Positions 52,668 through 62,964 of a stretch of 64,000 bases of DNA are shown piece by piece. The DNA is from Planctomycetota bacterium (GTDB lineage Bacteria > Planctomycetota > B15-G4 > JADJEK01). The translations under genes were made by a program, and so were the position numbers. How positions within the stretch are numbered: the first letter of the stretch is position 1; the number at the start of each line of letters is the position of its first letter. The notes below the pieces were generated by a model. That model had not been told where the DNA came from. It saw only the letters and a list, made by a program, of their open reading frames with translations, and did no database searches. The stretch is taken from assembly GCA_044225365.1 (NCBI GenBank), contig JBGAIQ010000002.1, positions 192,001 through 256,000 of the forward strand. Direction: 5' to 3'.

Positions 52668-55600
52668 TCAACTGCCGACGATCGAGACTTCGCCCGACGA
52701 CGTCACCACGAGGACGCCTTCGGGGAGGACGAGCGGTTGAGCGAGTGCGGGCGCTCCGAGGGTGTGACGGAACAGGCGCAACTTCGAGTTGACGTCGAAG
52801 ACATCGAGCGCGCCCGAGCGATCGACGATGTAGAGCCGGCCACCGGCGATCGTGGGAGTTCCAGAGATCCAGTCCTTCGCTTCGGCGGCGAAACGCTGCG
52901 CGCCGCTGGTCGCGTCGAGGACGATCGCCTTCTTGCCCGAGGCGAAGACGAGCAGGCCATCGGAGACGGTCGGCGGCGCGGCAGCCGCGGCACCGGTATC
53001 GAGGTGCCATCCCGCGTCGCCACTCGCGGAATCGAAGGTGGTGAGGACTCCCGCATCGTCGGCGGCGACGAAGCGCGATCCCGCAGCGGCGAGTCCGGTG
53101 ATCGGCTGAGCCTTCTTCGGGGTGCGGAAGACCGATTGACCATCACGCAGATCGATCGCGATCACTTCGCCCGTCGTGCTGCCGACCGCGAGCGAATTGC
53201 CGATCACGACCGGGCCCGATCGCAACGGCACGTCGATCGCGGCGACCGAACGGACGTCACCGTTCGTCGGATCCACGGCGAAGATCCCGCCCTTCTCGGT
53301 CGCGCACAGCATGCGATTACCGTCTTGGATCGGGAGTCCGACGATGCGGGAATCGAGCGGCGAGGTCCAGTTCTCATGGAGCGTCTCGGAGTCGATGCTC
53401 GATACCGCGCCTTCGCCGAACGGTACGAGCACGTTCTTCCCGAAGACCATCGGCGGCGCGCAGACGCCCGACAACGACTTCGAGTGGACTTCGCCGGCGC
53501 GAGTTCCGTCGTTGCGATTGAGGCGGTACAGCACGCCGTCTCGGGCCCCCACGAAGACGTGGCGCGAAGTCGTGACCGCCGCGACCTCGACCTTGGCCTC
53601 GAGTGGCACCGTGAAGCGTGCCTCGCGTGGAAGGTCGATGGAATTGCGCGCCGGGGAGTCCGCCGTGAGCGTGATCTCCATATCGCGGAATCCAGCGCTC
53701 CGCAGCGTGAATCGGTTCTCCTTGGACGACTTGATCCAGACGCAGCAAGGAGTGTGGCCGAGCGATTCGTTCGCGACTCGCACGTCCGCGCCGACCGGAG
53801 TCGTTTCGATGCGCTGCGGCAACCCAATCGTCTCCGCGAGCCCGGCGTCGGGAGTCTCTTTGATGAGCGTCTTCATGCGCCGGAGTGCGTCTTCGGCTTC
53901 GCCCTTGTCGCACAGCGCGCGGATCTGGGTCATTTCCGATGCGATCTTCTCGGCGGCGGCGTGGCGCTTCGTGAAGTACGACGCAAGGTTGCCGTTTCCG
54001 TACTCGCGAAGGAGTCGCGCGTAACCGGCTTCGGCGGTCGTGTAGTCGCCTGCTTTCTCGGCGGCGAGGATCTGCTGATAGTCGTCGGAGAGCAGATTGA
54101 GTTCGACGTTGCGCGCGAGGCGCTCGCGGATCTCGGCGAGGCCGGGATACACGCTCGCGACCGCCGCTGCCCCGCGATCCGCGGCCGTGGCGAGCGGCGC
54201 CTTCAGGTCCTTCCATGCGCCATCGTCGTCGAGGTCATGGATCAAGGTCTTCAGGCTCGCGAAGTCGCTCTCGACCTCGGAGGAGAAATCCGGACTGAAC
54301 TCGTCGAGCACGCGCTTCAGATCCGCGTCCTCGTGCGGAATCTCGAATCGGTGCGCCTTGGTCTCGAGATCACTCGCCCGCTGCTCGATGGCATGCAGCA
54401 GGACCTTTCGCTTCGTGGCGAGCAGATTCTCGCGCGGAGAAGCCGCTTCCGCGGCACCGTTCGCGTTGCTCGCGCCCTTCTTTCCCAAGGTCGTGAGCAA
54501 CGAGAGCGCCTTGGCGTAGTGCTTCGCCTCGAGCTCGGTCTGGATCGCGCCGAGTTCGGTGCGCGCGTCGTTGACGTTCTGCGAACGCTTCTGTTCGTCG
54601 AGTTCTTCGAGCTTGTCGTGCGTGACCGCCGCGAGCCGGTCGACGGTCGCACGCATGTCGTCTTCGAGCTCCTCGCCGCCCAGGGAGGAGAGCGCGGCTT
54701 GCGCGGCCTTGAATTCACCGGCGCCGACCATGCGTTCGATCGCCTCCGCCTGTCCGCGCAAGCGTTCATGCTTGAAGCGGTCGTACACGTATCGCGCGAA
54801 GAGCCCGACGACAGGAAGCATGAGGAACGCGATCGAGACGACGATGATGCGGCCCTTGTGCTGCTTCGAATCGAGTTGCGCGAGTTGCTTGCGAACGTCG
54901 CTGCGCAGCGGATCGAGTGTGAGGATGCCGCGATAGAGGAGCGCGACGCGCGCCTTGTTCTCGCGCAGGCTCGCGGCGCGTGAGAGGACTTCGGCACCGA
55001 AGGCTGCGCGATTCGAATTCTGGCAGTAGATCACGAACGCGTGGTCGAGGAGCGGCGAGTCCGGCGCGAGCTGAGCGACGCGCGACGCGATCTCGACCGC
55101 GGCGTCGAAGCGCTTCTCCTGTGCCGACATCTCGGCGAGGACGGTCAGCAGCTTCACTTCGGCGTCTCGCTCGCCGCGCGATCGGTGGATGTCGGCGAGG
55201 AGCTCGATCACCTGCCGGCGATCTGGCATCAGCTCGCGAGCTCGGCGCGCCTCCGTGTAGGCGGCCTCGGGGTGTCCCTCGGCATGGAGTGCACGCGCAC
55301 GGCATACAAGGATGTCGACCGCCAATTCGCGTGCGTTGACGCGAATCGCGGCTTCCGCGGCCTCGTCGAGTCGGGCGTCGCTCTCATCGAGCATGGAAAC
55401 GGCGCGCCGCAGCAACTGCTCGGTCTTGTGCCGTGAGACGTGCGTCTCGGAGGTTGCGAACCGCAGGAGTTCATCCGTCGTCGCGGGTCGCAGCTTGTTG
55501 GACTCGAGGAGCTGCCAAACGATGCGCGAGACTTCGAAGCGCGAGACCAGCAATCGCTCGGAGATGTCGATCGGCGTGTTGGTGCCGTCGAGGAGCGCGA

Positions 55601-56183
55601 GGATCTCCTCGGCGCCGGGGAACGTGGCGTCGCTCGACACCACGTAGTAGCGATCACCGGAGCCGACGGTCTCGCGGATGCGACTCCATTCGTCGACTCG
55701 TCGCGCGGCTTCCATCACGACTTCTTCGGGACGGAAGTAGCACTCGCGAGGGATGCCTTCGATCGGCATCGACTCCTCGACGAATTCGAACTCCATCCGA
55801 TCGAAGCCGAAGACCTCGAAGAGTTCCTCGCGGACCTCGAGACGTAGGACGGCGACGCCGCGGCTCAATTCGAGATGCGAGTCTTCGTCGAGGACGACAA
55901 GGAGCTTGATGGAGGAGAAGGGATCCTCGCCGTGCTTCTCGATCTCGGCGATCGCGGAATCGACGGTCTTCGCTTCGATGAGACCGCTTGCGATGAAGAG
56001 ATGCCCGAGGCGGGCGGCCTGGAACGCCGTGGCGTCGAGCAACGTGACGCCATGGGACGAGAAGAGCACGCGCCGCTCGATCTCGCCGGAACGAAGATGT
56101 AGGACCCCGCTCTGCCCGTTCTGGAAGAGCGTTTGGAAGATGTCCGCGAGCAGCAGATTGCTGGTGTCGCCCTTGAGTGCCAT
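52668..56183 (-). CDS. DUF4388 (PatA-N-like), TPR, TM, PEGA-like and PQQ/BamB beta-propeller multidomain protein
   Basis: LKGD....LADIFQTL...QSGVL; MEAARRVDEW; TM IIVVSIAFLMLPVVGLFA; ETTPVGADV..LGHTP; BamB-like blades. Confidence 0.85.
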   Translation of the reverse strand: MALKGDTSNLLLADIFQTLFQNGQSGVLHLRSGEIERRVLFSSHGVTLLDATAFQAARLGHLFIASGLIEAKTVDSAIAEIEKHGEDPFSSIKLLVVLDEDSHLELSRGVAVLRLEVREELFEVFGFDRMEFEFVEESMPIEGIPRECYFRPEEVVMEAARRVDEWSRIRETVGSGDRYYVVSSDATFPGAEEILALLDGTNTPIDISERLLVSRFEVSRIVWQLLESNKLRPATTDELLRFATSETHVSRHKTEQLLRRAVSMLDESDARLDEAAEAAIRVNARELAVDILVCRARALHAEGHPEAAYTEARRARELMPDRRQVIELLADIHRSRGERDAEVKLLTVLAEMSAQEKRFDAAVEIASRVAQLAPDSPLLDHAFVIYCQNSNRAAFGAEVLSRAASLRENKARVALLYRGILTLDPLRSDVRKQLAQLDSKQHKGRIIVVSIAFLMLPVVGLFARYVYDRFKHERLRGQAEAIERMVGAGEFKAAQAALSSLGGEELEDDMRATVDRLAAVTHDKLEELDEQKRSQNVNDARTELGAIQTELEAKHYAKALSLLTTLGKKGASNANGAAEAASPRENLLATKRKVLLHAIEQRASDLETKAHRFEIPHEDADLKRVLDEFSPDFSSEVESDFASLKTLIHDLDDDGAWKDLKAPLATAADRGAAAVASVYPGLAEIRERLARNVELNLLSDDYQQILAAEKAGDYTTAEAGYARLLREYGNGNLASYFTKRHAAAEKIASEMTQIRALCDKGEAEDALRRMKTLIKETPDAGLAETIGLPQRIETTPVGADVRVANESLGHTPCCVWIKSSKENRFTLRSAGFRDMEITLTADSPARNSIDLPREARFTVPLEAKVEVAAVTTSRHVFVGARDGVLYRLNRNDGTRAGEVHSKSLSGVCAPPMVFGKNVLVPFGEGAVSSIDSETLHENWTSPLDSRIVGLPIQDGNRMLCATEKGGIFAVDPTNGDVRSVAAIDVPLRSGPVVIGNSLAVGSTTGEVIAIDLRDGQSVFRTPKKAQPITGLAAAGSRFVAADDAGVLTTFDSASGDAGWHLDTGAAAAAPPTVSDGLLVFASGKKAIVLDATSGAQRFAAEAKDWISGTPTIAGGRLYIVDRSGALDVFDVNSKLRLFRHTLGAPALAQPLVLPEGVLVVTSSGEVSIVGS

Positions 56184-56335
56184 TCCGCGCTGCCGGTTTG
56201 CGACCTAGGTGTGTCCGATCTCCGAGGCGGATTCTTATCGGCAGGTTCGGGCGAGAACCTGTAGCTCGCATGCAATGCCGCCGGGATCGCGTGCATCTTC
56301 ATCCGCGCCGATCCAGGGAAAACGGGTCGAGCGGG

Positions 56336-57301
56336 TCAGAAGAGGTATTCGTCGCCCACGAATGCTCGTTGCGTCGTGCCGGAGTAGGTTGGGGCGGGAT
56401 CGCTCGGGGGGCGACCGTCGAGCCCGACGAGTCGTAGCTTCGCGAGGATGTTCGGGCGCTGGGAGATGTCGAAGCCGAACAGACCCGCGTGGTGCGCTCC
56501 GTCGATGAACAGGAGATCCGCGTGCGCGGCGAGCGAGGCAATCTCCGGATTGCGATCCGCGTCGTCGATGAGACTCGGGGCGAACAGGAGCTTCCTCGTC
56601 GCGCCCTCGAGGAAGCAGAGGTAGACCGAGGAACTGTTGGAACCGCTCGTCCCCGGTACGAGCGGCACGATTCGCAGCGAGCACGAGTCCGCGACCCGCC
56701 ATACTTCACTCGCACCGAGGCGACGCAGGCTGGCGTGGTGCGCCGCGACCGCATCGCGGACGAGTGGGTCCTGCGCCAGGAGGTCGATCACTTCCGAGGG
56801 CCCGACCAGGACGGGTTCCGAGGTCGCCGCCTGCGATGCGACGAATTCGCGCGCCGCGGCGAGCGCCCGCGGCTGGGCGTCGAGGAAGACGGCGGCATCG
56901 ACCGCGATGGGGTCGGCCGAGTGGAACCAGTGGAGCAGTTCGTCGATCTCGGATCGCGGTCCGGGCGCGATCCAAAGGGTGTAGCGCCCTGCCGTCGACG
57001 TCCCTTTCGCCGGGTACGACGAGCCGCATTCGACGAGCGCCGAGGTCGGATGAATCTCCTGACCGACCGAGTTCCGGTTCGCCGACTGCTGGGTTGCGGG
57101 ATGCCCCACTCCGATGAGGGTGAACCGCGACGCACGGGCTGGAATGTTGAGGTGGAAGGACACCTGTCGACCCGGCTCCTCCGACGTGGTGCAACCGAGG
57201 GCGAGCCAAGGGAAGAGCCACGCACCGAGCCATCGCGCACGGGCCCCGATCGCGAAGGCTTTCCTACCGGGTCCGCCGTTTGCGTCTAGCGCGTCACACA
57301 T
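56336..57301 (-). CDS. Degenerate PqqB-like metallo-beta-lactamase-fold lipoprotein
   Basis: Lipobox LALGC; FTLIGVG, KLLFAPS, ADLLFIDG; the HxHxDH site is absent. Start uncertain. Confidence 0.5.
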   Translation of the reverse strand: MCDALDANGGPGRKAFAIGARARWLGAWLFPWLALGCTTSEEPGRQVSFHLNIPARASRFTLIGVGHPATQQSANRNSVGQEIHPTSALVECGSSYPAKGTSTAGRYTLWIAPGPRSEIDELLHWFHSADPIAVDAAVFLDAQPRALAAAREFVASQAATSEPVLVGPSEVIDLLAQDPLVRDAVAAHHASLRRLGASEVWRVADSCSLRIVPLVPGTSGSNSSSVYLCFLEGATRKLLFAPSLIDDADRNPEIASLAAHADLLFIDGAHHAGLFGFDISQRPNILAKLRLVGLDGRPPSDPAPTYSGTTQRAFVGDEYLF

Positions 57302-57446
57302 GCATGATTGTCGCAGTCGGGATGGATTTCGAGCGATCTGTCGCGACAAGACGATTGAACGGCGTCGATCTGGCGTGGTGGCTAGAATGTCCATCCCGGT
57401 GTCGACCGAATCGATCGCAGTCCATCGCTCGAGCTTTGTGAAGTTC

Positions 57447-58883
57447 ATGGCCACAGAAACCACCGTTCCGACCGCGTCGAGTGCATCTCAGGCCCGCGCG
57501 AATCTCCGCGTCGTCATGATCGAAGACGATCAGGCGCTTCGGGATTCGCTCGTCGAGTACCTGTCCGATCGCGGCTTCGCCGTCGTCGGGGCCGCCGACG
57601 GCGACGAGGGACTGAAACTCGTCGACGAAGATACCGCGGTCGTGGTCACCGACCTCAAGCTTCCCGGCATGTCGGGTCTCGAGGTCCTGAAGCGGGCCCG
57701 CCAGCAGGCGCCGCAGGTCCAGGTGATCATCGCGACCGGCTTCGCGACGGTCGACTCGGCGGTCGCGGCGATGCGAGAGGGTGCATTCCACTACGTGACG
57801 AAACCGATCAATCCGACGGTGCTCCACAAGCTCGTCGAGGAGATCGTCGAGCGGCGCAAGCTGCAGTCGGAAGTCGCTGAGCTGCGTCGGCGCGTCAACG
57901 AGCGCTACGGTGTCGAGCAGATCATCGGGCGCTCCCGATCGATGCTCGAAGTCTTCGACGTGATTCGGCACGTCGCCCCGACCCGCGCGACCGTACTCGT
58001 CACCGGGGAGAGCGGAACGGGCAAGGAACTGGTGGCTCGCGCGATCCATCAGCTCTCGCCTCGCCGCGATCGGCCCTTCATCGCTTTCAACTGCGCGGCG
58101 CTGCCGTCGAACCTCATCGAGAGCGAGTTGTTCGGCCACGAGAAAGGGGCGTTCACGGGCGCGCTCGCGCGCCGTCAGGGTCTCCTCGGTGCGGCTGACG
58201 GCGGAACGCTCTTCATCGACGAGGTCGCCGAGCTGGAGATCGGGCTGCAAGCCAAGTTGCTGCGTGCGTTCGAGGAGCGGACGTATACGCCGCTCGGCTC
58301 CACCCGCGAAGTGAAGGTCGACGTGCGGTTCATCGCGGCGACGAATCGCGACCTCGCTCAGTTCGTGAAGGAGGGAAAGTTCCGCGAGGACCTCTACTAC
58401 CGATTGAAGGTCGTACAGCTGCACCTGCCGCCGCTTCGCGATCGCCGCGACGATATCCCGGTCCTCGCCCGCCACTTCCTGGAGGCTGCGATCGAGGAGC
58501 ATGGCCTGCGCCCGCTCGAATTCGATGCGTCCGCGGTCCGCGCTCTGCAGGTCTATGGCTGGCCCGGCAACGTCCGCGAGCTGAAGAACTCCATCGAATC
58601 GGCGGCGGTGCTGGCGCGCGGCAATACGATCTCTGCGGAGAACCTGCCGGGCGCGGTGGCGCCGGTCGTCGCGACGCCCGGAAGTACCGAGACGGCCCTC
58701 TTCCACGTGGGGATGAAAATGGAGGAACTCGAGAAGGGCGCCATCCTCGGTTCGCTCGAAGCGACGCACGGAAATCGCACCAAGGCGGCGAAGATGCTCG
58801 GCATTTCGCTGCGGACGCTTCAGCGTAAGCTCAAGGATTACAAGCTCCCTGTGACGGAAGAGGGAGGTAGCGGGGAGGTCTGA
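57447..58883 (+). CDS. Sigma-54-dependent response regulator (NtrC/AtoC family)
   Basis: REC IEDD..TDLKLP; Walker A GESGTGKE; ESELFGHEKGAFTGA; FREDLYYRL; WPGNVREL; Fis HTH. Confidence 0.96.
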   Translation: MATETTVPTASSASQARANLRVVMIEDDQALRDSLVEYLSDRGFAVVGAADGDEGLKLVDEDTAVVVTDLKLPGMSGLEVLKRARQQAPQVQVIIATGFATVDSAVAAMREGAFHYVTKPINPTVLHKLVEEIVERRKLQSEVAELRRRVNERYGVEQIIGRSRSMLEVFDVIRHVAPTRATVLVTGESGTGKELVARAIHQLSPRRDRPFIAFNCAALPSNLIESELFGHEKGAFTGALARRQGLLGAADGGTLFIDEVAELEIGLQAKLLRAFEERTYTPLGSTREVKVDVRFIAATNRDLAQFVKEGKFREDLYYRLKVVQLHLPPLRDRRDDIPVLARHFLEAAIEEHGLRPLEFDASAVRALQVYGWPGNVRELKNSIESAAVLARGNTISAENLPGAVAPVVATPGSTETALFHVGMKMEELEKGAILGSLEATHGNRTKAAKMLGISLRTLQRKLKDYKLPVTEEGGSGEV

Positions 58884-59119
58884 GCGTGGAGCTTCGCGGC
58901 GGGTTCTCGCGACCGAAGTCCGACATTTGAACGGTCGATCCGACTCTCGACAGGCGTGCACATCCTTACAAAGCGTTGTTAAAAGTCGGTGGACAACATG
59001 GGGATTGGAGGTATTACTTTCGGCAATCCCTGGCAGACCGTGGGGTGTCGAAGCTAATCGGGGCGGTCACGGTTTTCGCCAGTCGGATGCGCTGCTGCGC
59101 GGAAAGTTGAGGTCGAGCC

Positions 59120-59584
59120 TTGTACTCCCGAAACAACCCGAAGCGAAAGCTGTACGGCGAGTTCCTGTTGCGAAGCGAGAATGCGCGGGGCGTTCCCCTC
59201 CAGATCCGATGGAACGCGACCGAGAGTCTCCACTACGGTGGCAATCTCGAGGTCCTCGATGGCGCGACCGGGATCCGCTCCCGCTTCGAACGGCGGATGA
59301 GCGATCTCTCCTGGATGCGCAACGACCCGAACAAGATCGCAGGCGGTCGTCCCTTCACCGAGAGTTTCTTCACGACCTACGCGGTGCTCGTGGCCTTCGC
59401 CGACGCCGAGCGCCTGTCGCTCGAAACCGTCCACTCGCCGGTCACGATGACCTCCGCTGCGCTGCGTAGCTCGATGGCCGGTCCGATGAGCGACGAAGCC
59501 GAGCCCGAGGCCGAACGCGCGTCGCACTTCGTGAATCCCGATCTAGGTTCGACGTCGCTGTCCGGTTCCATCAACGCCGGCTGA
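59120..59584 (+). CDS. Hypothetical protein
   Basis: 154-aa ORF with TTG start and GAGG RBS, filling the gap before a convergent gene. Confidence 0.6.
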   Translation: MYSRNNPKRKLYGEFLLRSENARGVPLQIRWNATESLHYGGNLEVLDGATGIRSRFERRMSDLSWMRNDPNKIAGGRPFTESFFTTYAVLVAFADAERLSLETVHSPVTMTSAALRSSMAGPMSDEAEPEAERASHFVNPDLGSTSLSGSINAG

Positions 59585-59589
59585 TCGCG

Positions 59590-61272
59590 TCAGCGCGACG
59601 CTTCGAACAACACGATTCCCTTGTCCTGGGGCGGGCCGAGCACCGAGTAATCGGGCACGGCGAACCGTCGTTTCGGCGTGAGGCCGAGGTTCATCGCGAG
59701 CAGGGAAAAGGTCTGCGCGCCCGCATCGGGATCGAGTAGGAAGAACGTCGCCGGGCGTCGCGCCGCGATGTAGCCGCCGACGTCGCCGCCGGCCATTCCG
59801 ATGCTCACGAGTTCGTGATCGTTGAGGCCGATGAGATCGAGCACCGGACGATTCGAGAAATATCGAACTGCGCCGGCGTCCTGCGCGGCGATCCACTTCT
59901 CCTTCGAGTCTCCCGATTCCGCGGCGAGCGCGATGGAGGCCGCGACGTTCGTGCGATCGACGTCGGCGACCTGCTTGCCGAAGCGTGCGATCGAAGCGCG
60001 CAGACCCTCCGATACCGCGCTGAACGGCAACGCGACGAGGACGAAGAGCAGCACCCCGAGGAGAGGCGCGGGCACGGTCATACCCGGCTCTTGAACTCCG
60101 GCCTTCTTGCGCGTCACGTCGATCATCGTCGCGAACGCACCCGCGATTCCGATCGCGAGGACGATGTCGATGAACGGAACCGCGGGAGTCATGTACCGCT
60201 GCCAGTAGAACGGCAACGGCTCGACGACGGGCAGGATGCGGGATGTCGCGACGCTGGCGATGAGCAGGAGAGGGAGGATCATGAGGACGAGGGCGCAGCG
60301 CGCGCCGCCGCGCGCGACGATCCCCACGATCGCGATCAACAACAGCAGGTACGTCGTCGGGACGCGGAAGAACACCGAATCGTTGAGGAGCACGAAGAAC
60401 GTCCGCGCCGTGGCGGTGATCGCCTCGCCGAGCGCCACGTGCTCCGCCTTCACGTAGTAGGTGTTCGGAAGCGGGCGACCGGACACGCGGTAGCAGAACA
60501 ACGCCCAAGCGAGTGCGCAGACGAAGCCAGGCAAGAGGATCTTGACCGCATCGTCGAGCCGCGATTTCGGTCCGCTCGTCCGATCGCGTCGTGGTAGGAG
60601 CGCGCCGACGGCGAGCAGGACGCTGATGACGATCCCCTCGGGTCTCGCGAGGATCGCGATTCCCGCGAGCATCCCCGCGACGAGCGGGGCGCGCCGGAGG
60701 TAGGCGACGGCGGCGAAGGCGACGAGCGCCGCGAACAGGAGCGGCTCCATGCCGGAGAACGCGGCGAAAGCGAGTTCGGGATCGAGGGCGACGAGGATCG
60801 CGGCGATGGCGCCCGCGACGCGCGGCGCCGGCGTCGGAATCGATCGCGCGAGGAACGCCGCGGCAAGAGCGAGCACGAACCAGACGACGGCGCCGACGGT
60901 GCGTGCGCTCGACACCACGGCGGCCGTCGACTCGATCGACGGCGGGCCTTCGTTCGCGCCGCGATGGGTCGGAGCGAGGAGCAGCGCCCACAAGGGACTG
61001 GTGAGGCCCACCTCGGCGGCGCCCGGGTTGTATTCGAACCGACCATGGAGCGCTATCGAACGCGCGTAGACCTGATGGATCCAGGCATCGTCGAGCGGGA
61101 ATCCCGCGGCTTCGTGCCGCGGGCTCTGCGCGCTCGCCGCCGCAGAGAACTGCGCGCGCGAGACGAAGATCACGACTCCGGCGAGCGCCAGGACGAAGAC
61201 GAACAGGATCTCGAACCTGCGGGGTACGGGCTCGGCGGGCGCTGATTCGACGACGGCGTTCGACTCGCTCAA
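59590..61272 (-). CDS. GT-C-like membrane glycosyltransferase
   Basis: LDDAWIH..YAR, TSPLW, SGME, LARPEG, LPNTYYVK, DAGA..Y, DLIGLND; many TMs. Confidence 0.85.
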   Translation of the reverse strand: MSESNAVVESAPAEPVPRRFEILFVFVLALAGVVIFVSRAQFSAAASAQSPRHEAAGFPLDDAWIHQVYARSIALHGRFEYNPGAAEVGLTSPLWALLLAPTHRGANEGPPSIESTAAVVSSARTVGAVVWFVLALAAAFLARSIPTPAPRVAGAIAAILVALDPELAFAAFSGMEPLLFAALVAFAAVAYLRRAPLVAGMLAGIAILARPEGIVISVLLAVGALLPRRDRTSGPKSRLDDAVKILLPGFVCALAWALFCYRVSGRPLPNTYYVKAEHVALGEAITATARTFFVLLNDSVFFRVPTTYLLLLIAIVGIVARGGARCALVLMILPLLLIASVATSRILPVVEPLPFYWQRYMTPAVPFIDIVLAIGIAGAFATMIDVTRKKAGVQEPGMTVPAPLLGVLLFVLVALPFSAVSEGLRASIARFGKQVADVDRTNVAASIALAAESGDSKEKWIAAQDAGAVRYFSNRPVLDLIGLNDHELVSIGMAGGDVGGYIAARRPATFFLLDPDAGAQTFSLLAMNLGLTPKRRFAVPDYSVLGPPQDKGIVLFEASR

Positions 61273-61372
61273 CTCGGAGATCTCGTTCGTGGAGGGTGGT
61301 GCGTCACGATAGCAGGAACCGATGCGACCGCGCGGATTCGAACTCGGCTCGAATGCGGTGCAGTGCGTACCG

Positions 61373-61401
61373 TTGCTTGCAGTCTCGCCGCCCGTTAGAG
61401 T
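61373..61401 (+). promoter_or_regulatory. Putative sigma70 promoter of tRNA-Thr
   Basis: TTGCTT-N17-TAGAGT, about 25 bp upstream of the tRNA. Confidence 0.5.
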
Positions 61402-61425
61402 TCCCGGCTTACGCGTTCGTCGCCA

Positions 61426-61500
<75 letters not shown>

Positions 61501-61532
61501 CGCGCTCGACGTTCGCGCCGGGATCCGCCCCT

Positions 61533-62792
61533 GTGTTCAAATCCGTCGTTGCTGGTCGCTCGTCGTCGTCGTGGGCGATCCTCCCGTTCCTTCGTGCATC
61601 GCTGATCGGGCTCTACTGCGGCGCGCTCGGAGGCTGCAGCCACGGGCCCGAGGGCAAGGTGATCTGCGAGGCCGTCGAGATCTACGTTGGCCCCGACGAT
61701 GCGGCACTCGTCGTCCGTACGCGAAACGGTCTTCTCCAGCGGATCGACGTCGCCGGAAAGATGCTGGGTGGAGCGATCGAGTGTGGGGAGGCTCCCTGCG
61801 ACGTGGTGGTGACGCCGAATGGCGACGCCTTCGTCCTCGGTCGTCGCGCCAGCGCAGAGGGCGGGATCGCCGTCGAACGTTGGAGGAGCGATGCCTCCGA
61901 TCCACACGGGGGCGTCACCGCGCTGCCCGGGATCGTGTCGGCCGCAGGCGGCTCGATCCGCGCGTGCCTCAACGGTACGCAGCGCAGCGGAGCGCTCTCG
62001 GCGGAAGTGCTCGCCTTACTCGTATTCGATCGCAGCGGCGTCCTCGTCGACGTGTTGCGACTCGACGTCGCGAACGGAACGGCGACGAGTTGGCCGAACA
62101 TCGCGACCGTTCTCGCCGAACTCGCGACGGATTCCCACGCCGATCCGATCGTGTCCGTGGCTCCGTCCGCGGACACGCTCGCGTTGTTCAGCGAACACGC
62201 GGGACGCAAGGAACTGCGGCTCTTCGATGCTGCGGGAGCGTTGCAGAAAGTGGTGGAGGGAGTCGATCTCGTGAAGCCCTACTGGCTCGCGAACCTCCGC
62301 GCGCTGCTCTTCGTGCGCACCGGCGGATCGATTGCGAGCCTTCTGCTGCCGAACGGAGAGCCCGTCTGGTTGGTGAACGGCTCCTTCACTTCGAGGATCG
62401 CACGTGCGGACGTCACGGCGCCGATCGCGGACAATCCGCGAGTGACCGTCGAGAAGTTGAACTTCGAAGGCTTCGTCCAGGTGTGCGAGTTGGCTCCGTT
62501 CGAGGCGGGGAAGGAACGCCAGCTCACCAACGGAAGCATCGATCATTTCGGATCGGCCTGGTCGCACGATCACCGGTTCCTCGCGTACCGCCAACGATCC
62601 TTGAAGGACACCGACGCACCCTCGGAGCGCGTCGTCGTCGTCGATACGCGGCGGGGTTACTCTGCTGATGTCGTCGCAACTCGCGAGTGTGAAAGCTCAT
62701 CGGATCGAGTCGGGCCCTGTTTCAGCGCCCGGCGGAATCGCATGTGGCTGATCCGGGACGGTCAGCTCCTCGCGGTGGATCTCGAGGATTGA
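61533..62792 (+). CDS. TolB-like beta-propeller lipoprotein
   Basis: Lipobox LGGC; RQLTNG, SAWSHDHRFLAY. Start uncertain. Confidence 0.65.
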   Translation: MFKSVVAGRSSSSWAILPFLRASLIGLYCGALGGCSHGPEGKVICEAVEIYVGPDDAALVVRTRNGLLQRIDVAGKMLGGAIECGEAPCDVVVTPNGDAFVLGRRASAEGGIAVERWRSDASDPHGGVTALPGIVSAAGGSIRACLNGTQRSGALSAEVLALLVFDRSGVLVDVLRLDVANGTATSWPNIATVLAELATDSHADPIVSVAPSADTLALFSEHAGRKELRLFDAAGALQKVVEGVDLVKPYWLANLRALLFVRTGGSIASLLLPNGEPVWLVNGSFTSRIARADVTAPIADNPRVTVEKLNFEGFVQVCELAPFEAGKERQLTNGSIDHFGSAWSHDHRFLAYRQRSLKDTDAPSERVVVVDTRRGYSADVVATRECESSSDRVGPCFSARRNRMWLIRDGQLLAVDLED

Positions 62793-62964
62793 CCGCCCGC
62801 GGCAGGGTTCGACGATCCTCCAACACAGAACAATTCTGATCGTTCTCTAGTCGCGGTGGGCTGAATCGCGATAAATTCTTGTGCCGCAAACGCACGCGCG
62901 GGGTGGGAACCGTTCGCCCCGGCGTCGTCCCTGCCCGCCGCTGATCGAACGCACCCAGGAACTC

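Noticed and set aside
58884-59119. Sigma54 promoter downstream of the NtrC-type gene
   Set aside because: No TGGCAC-N5-TTGC (-24/-12) match was found; the region is only mildly AT-rich.
62906-62930. Second GGAAC...CGTC ECF-like promoter upstream of the last gene
   Set aside because: Spacing is ambiguous and the motif is too short to support without a genome-wide model.
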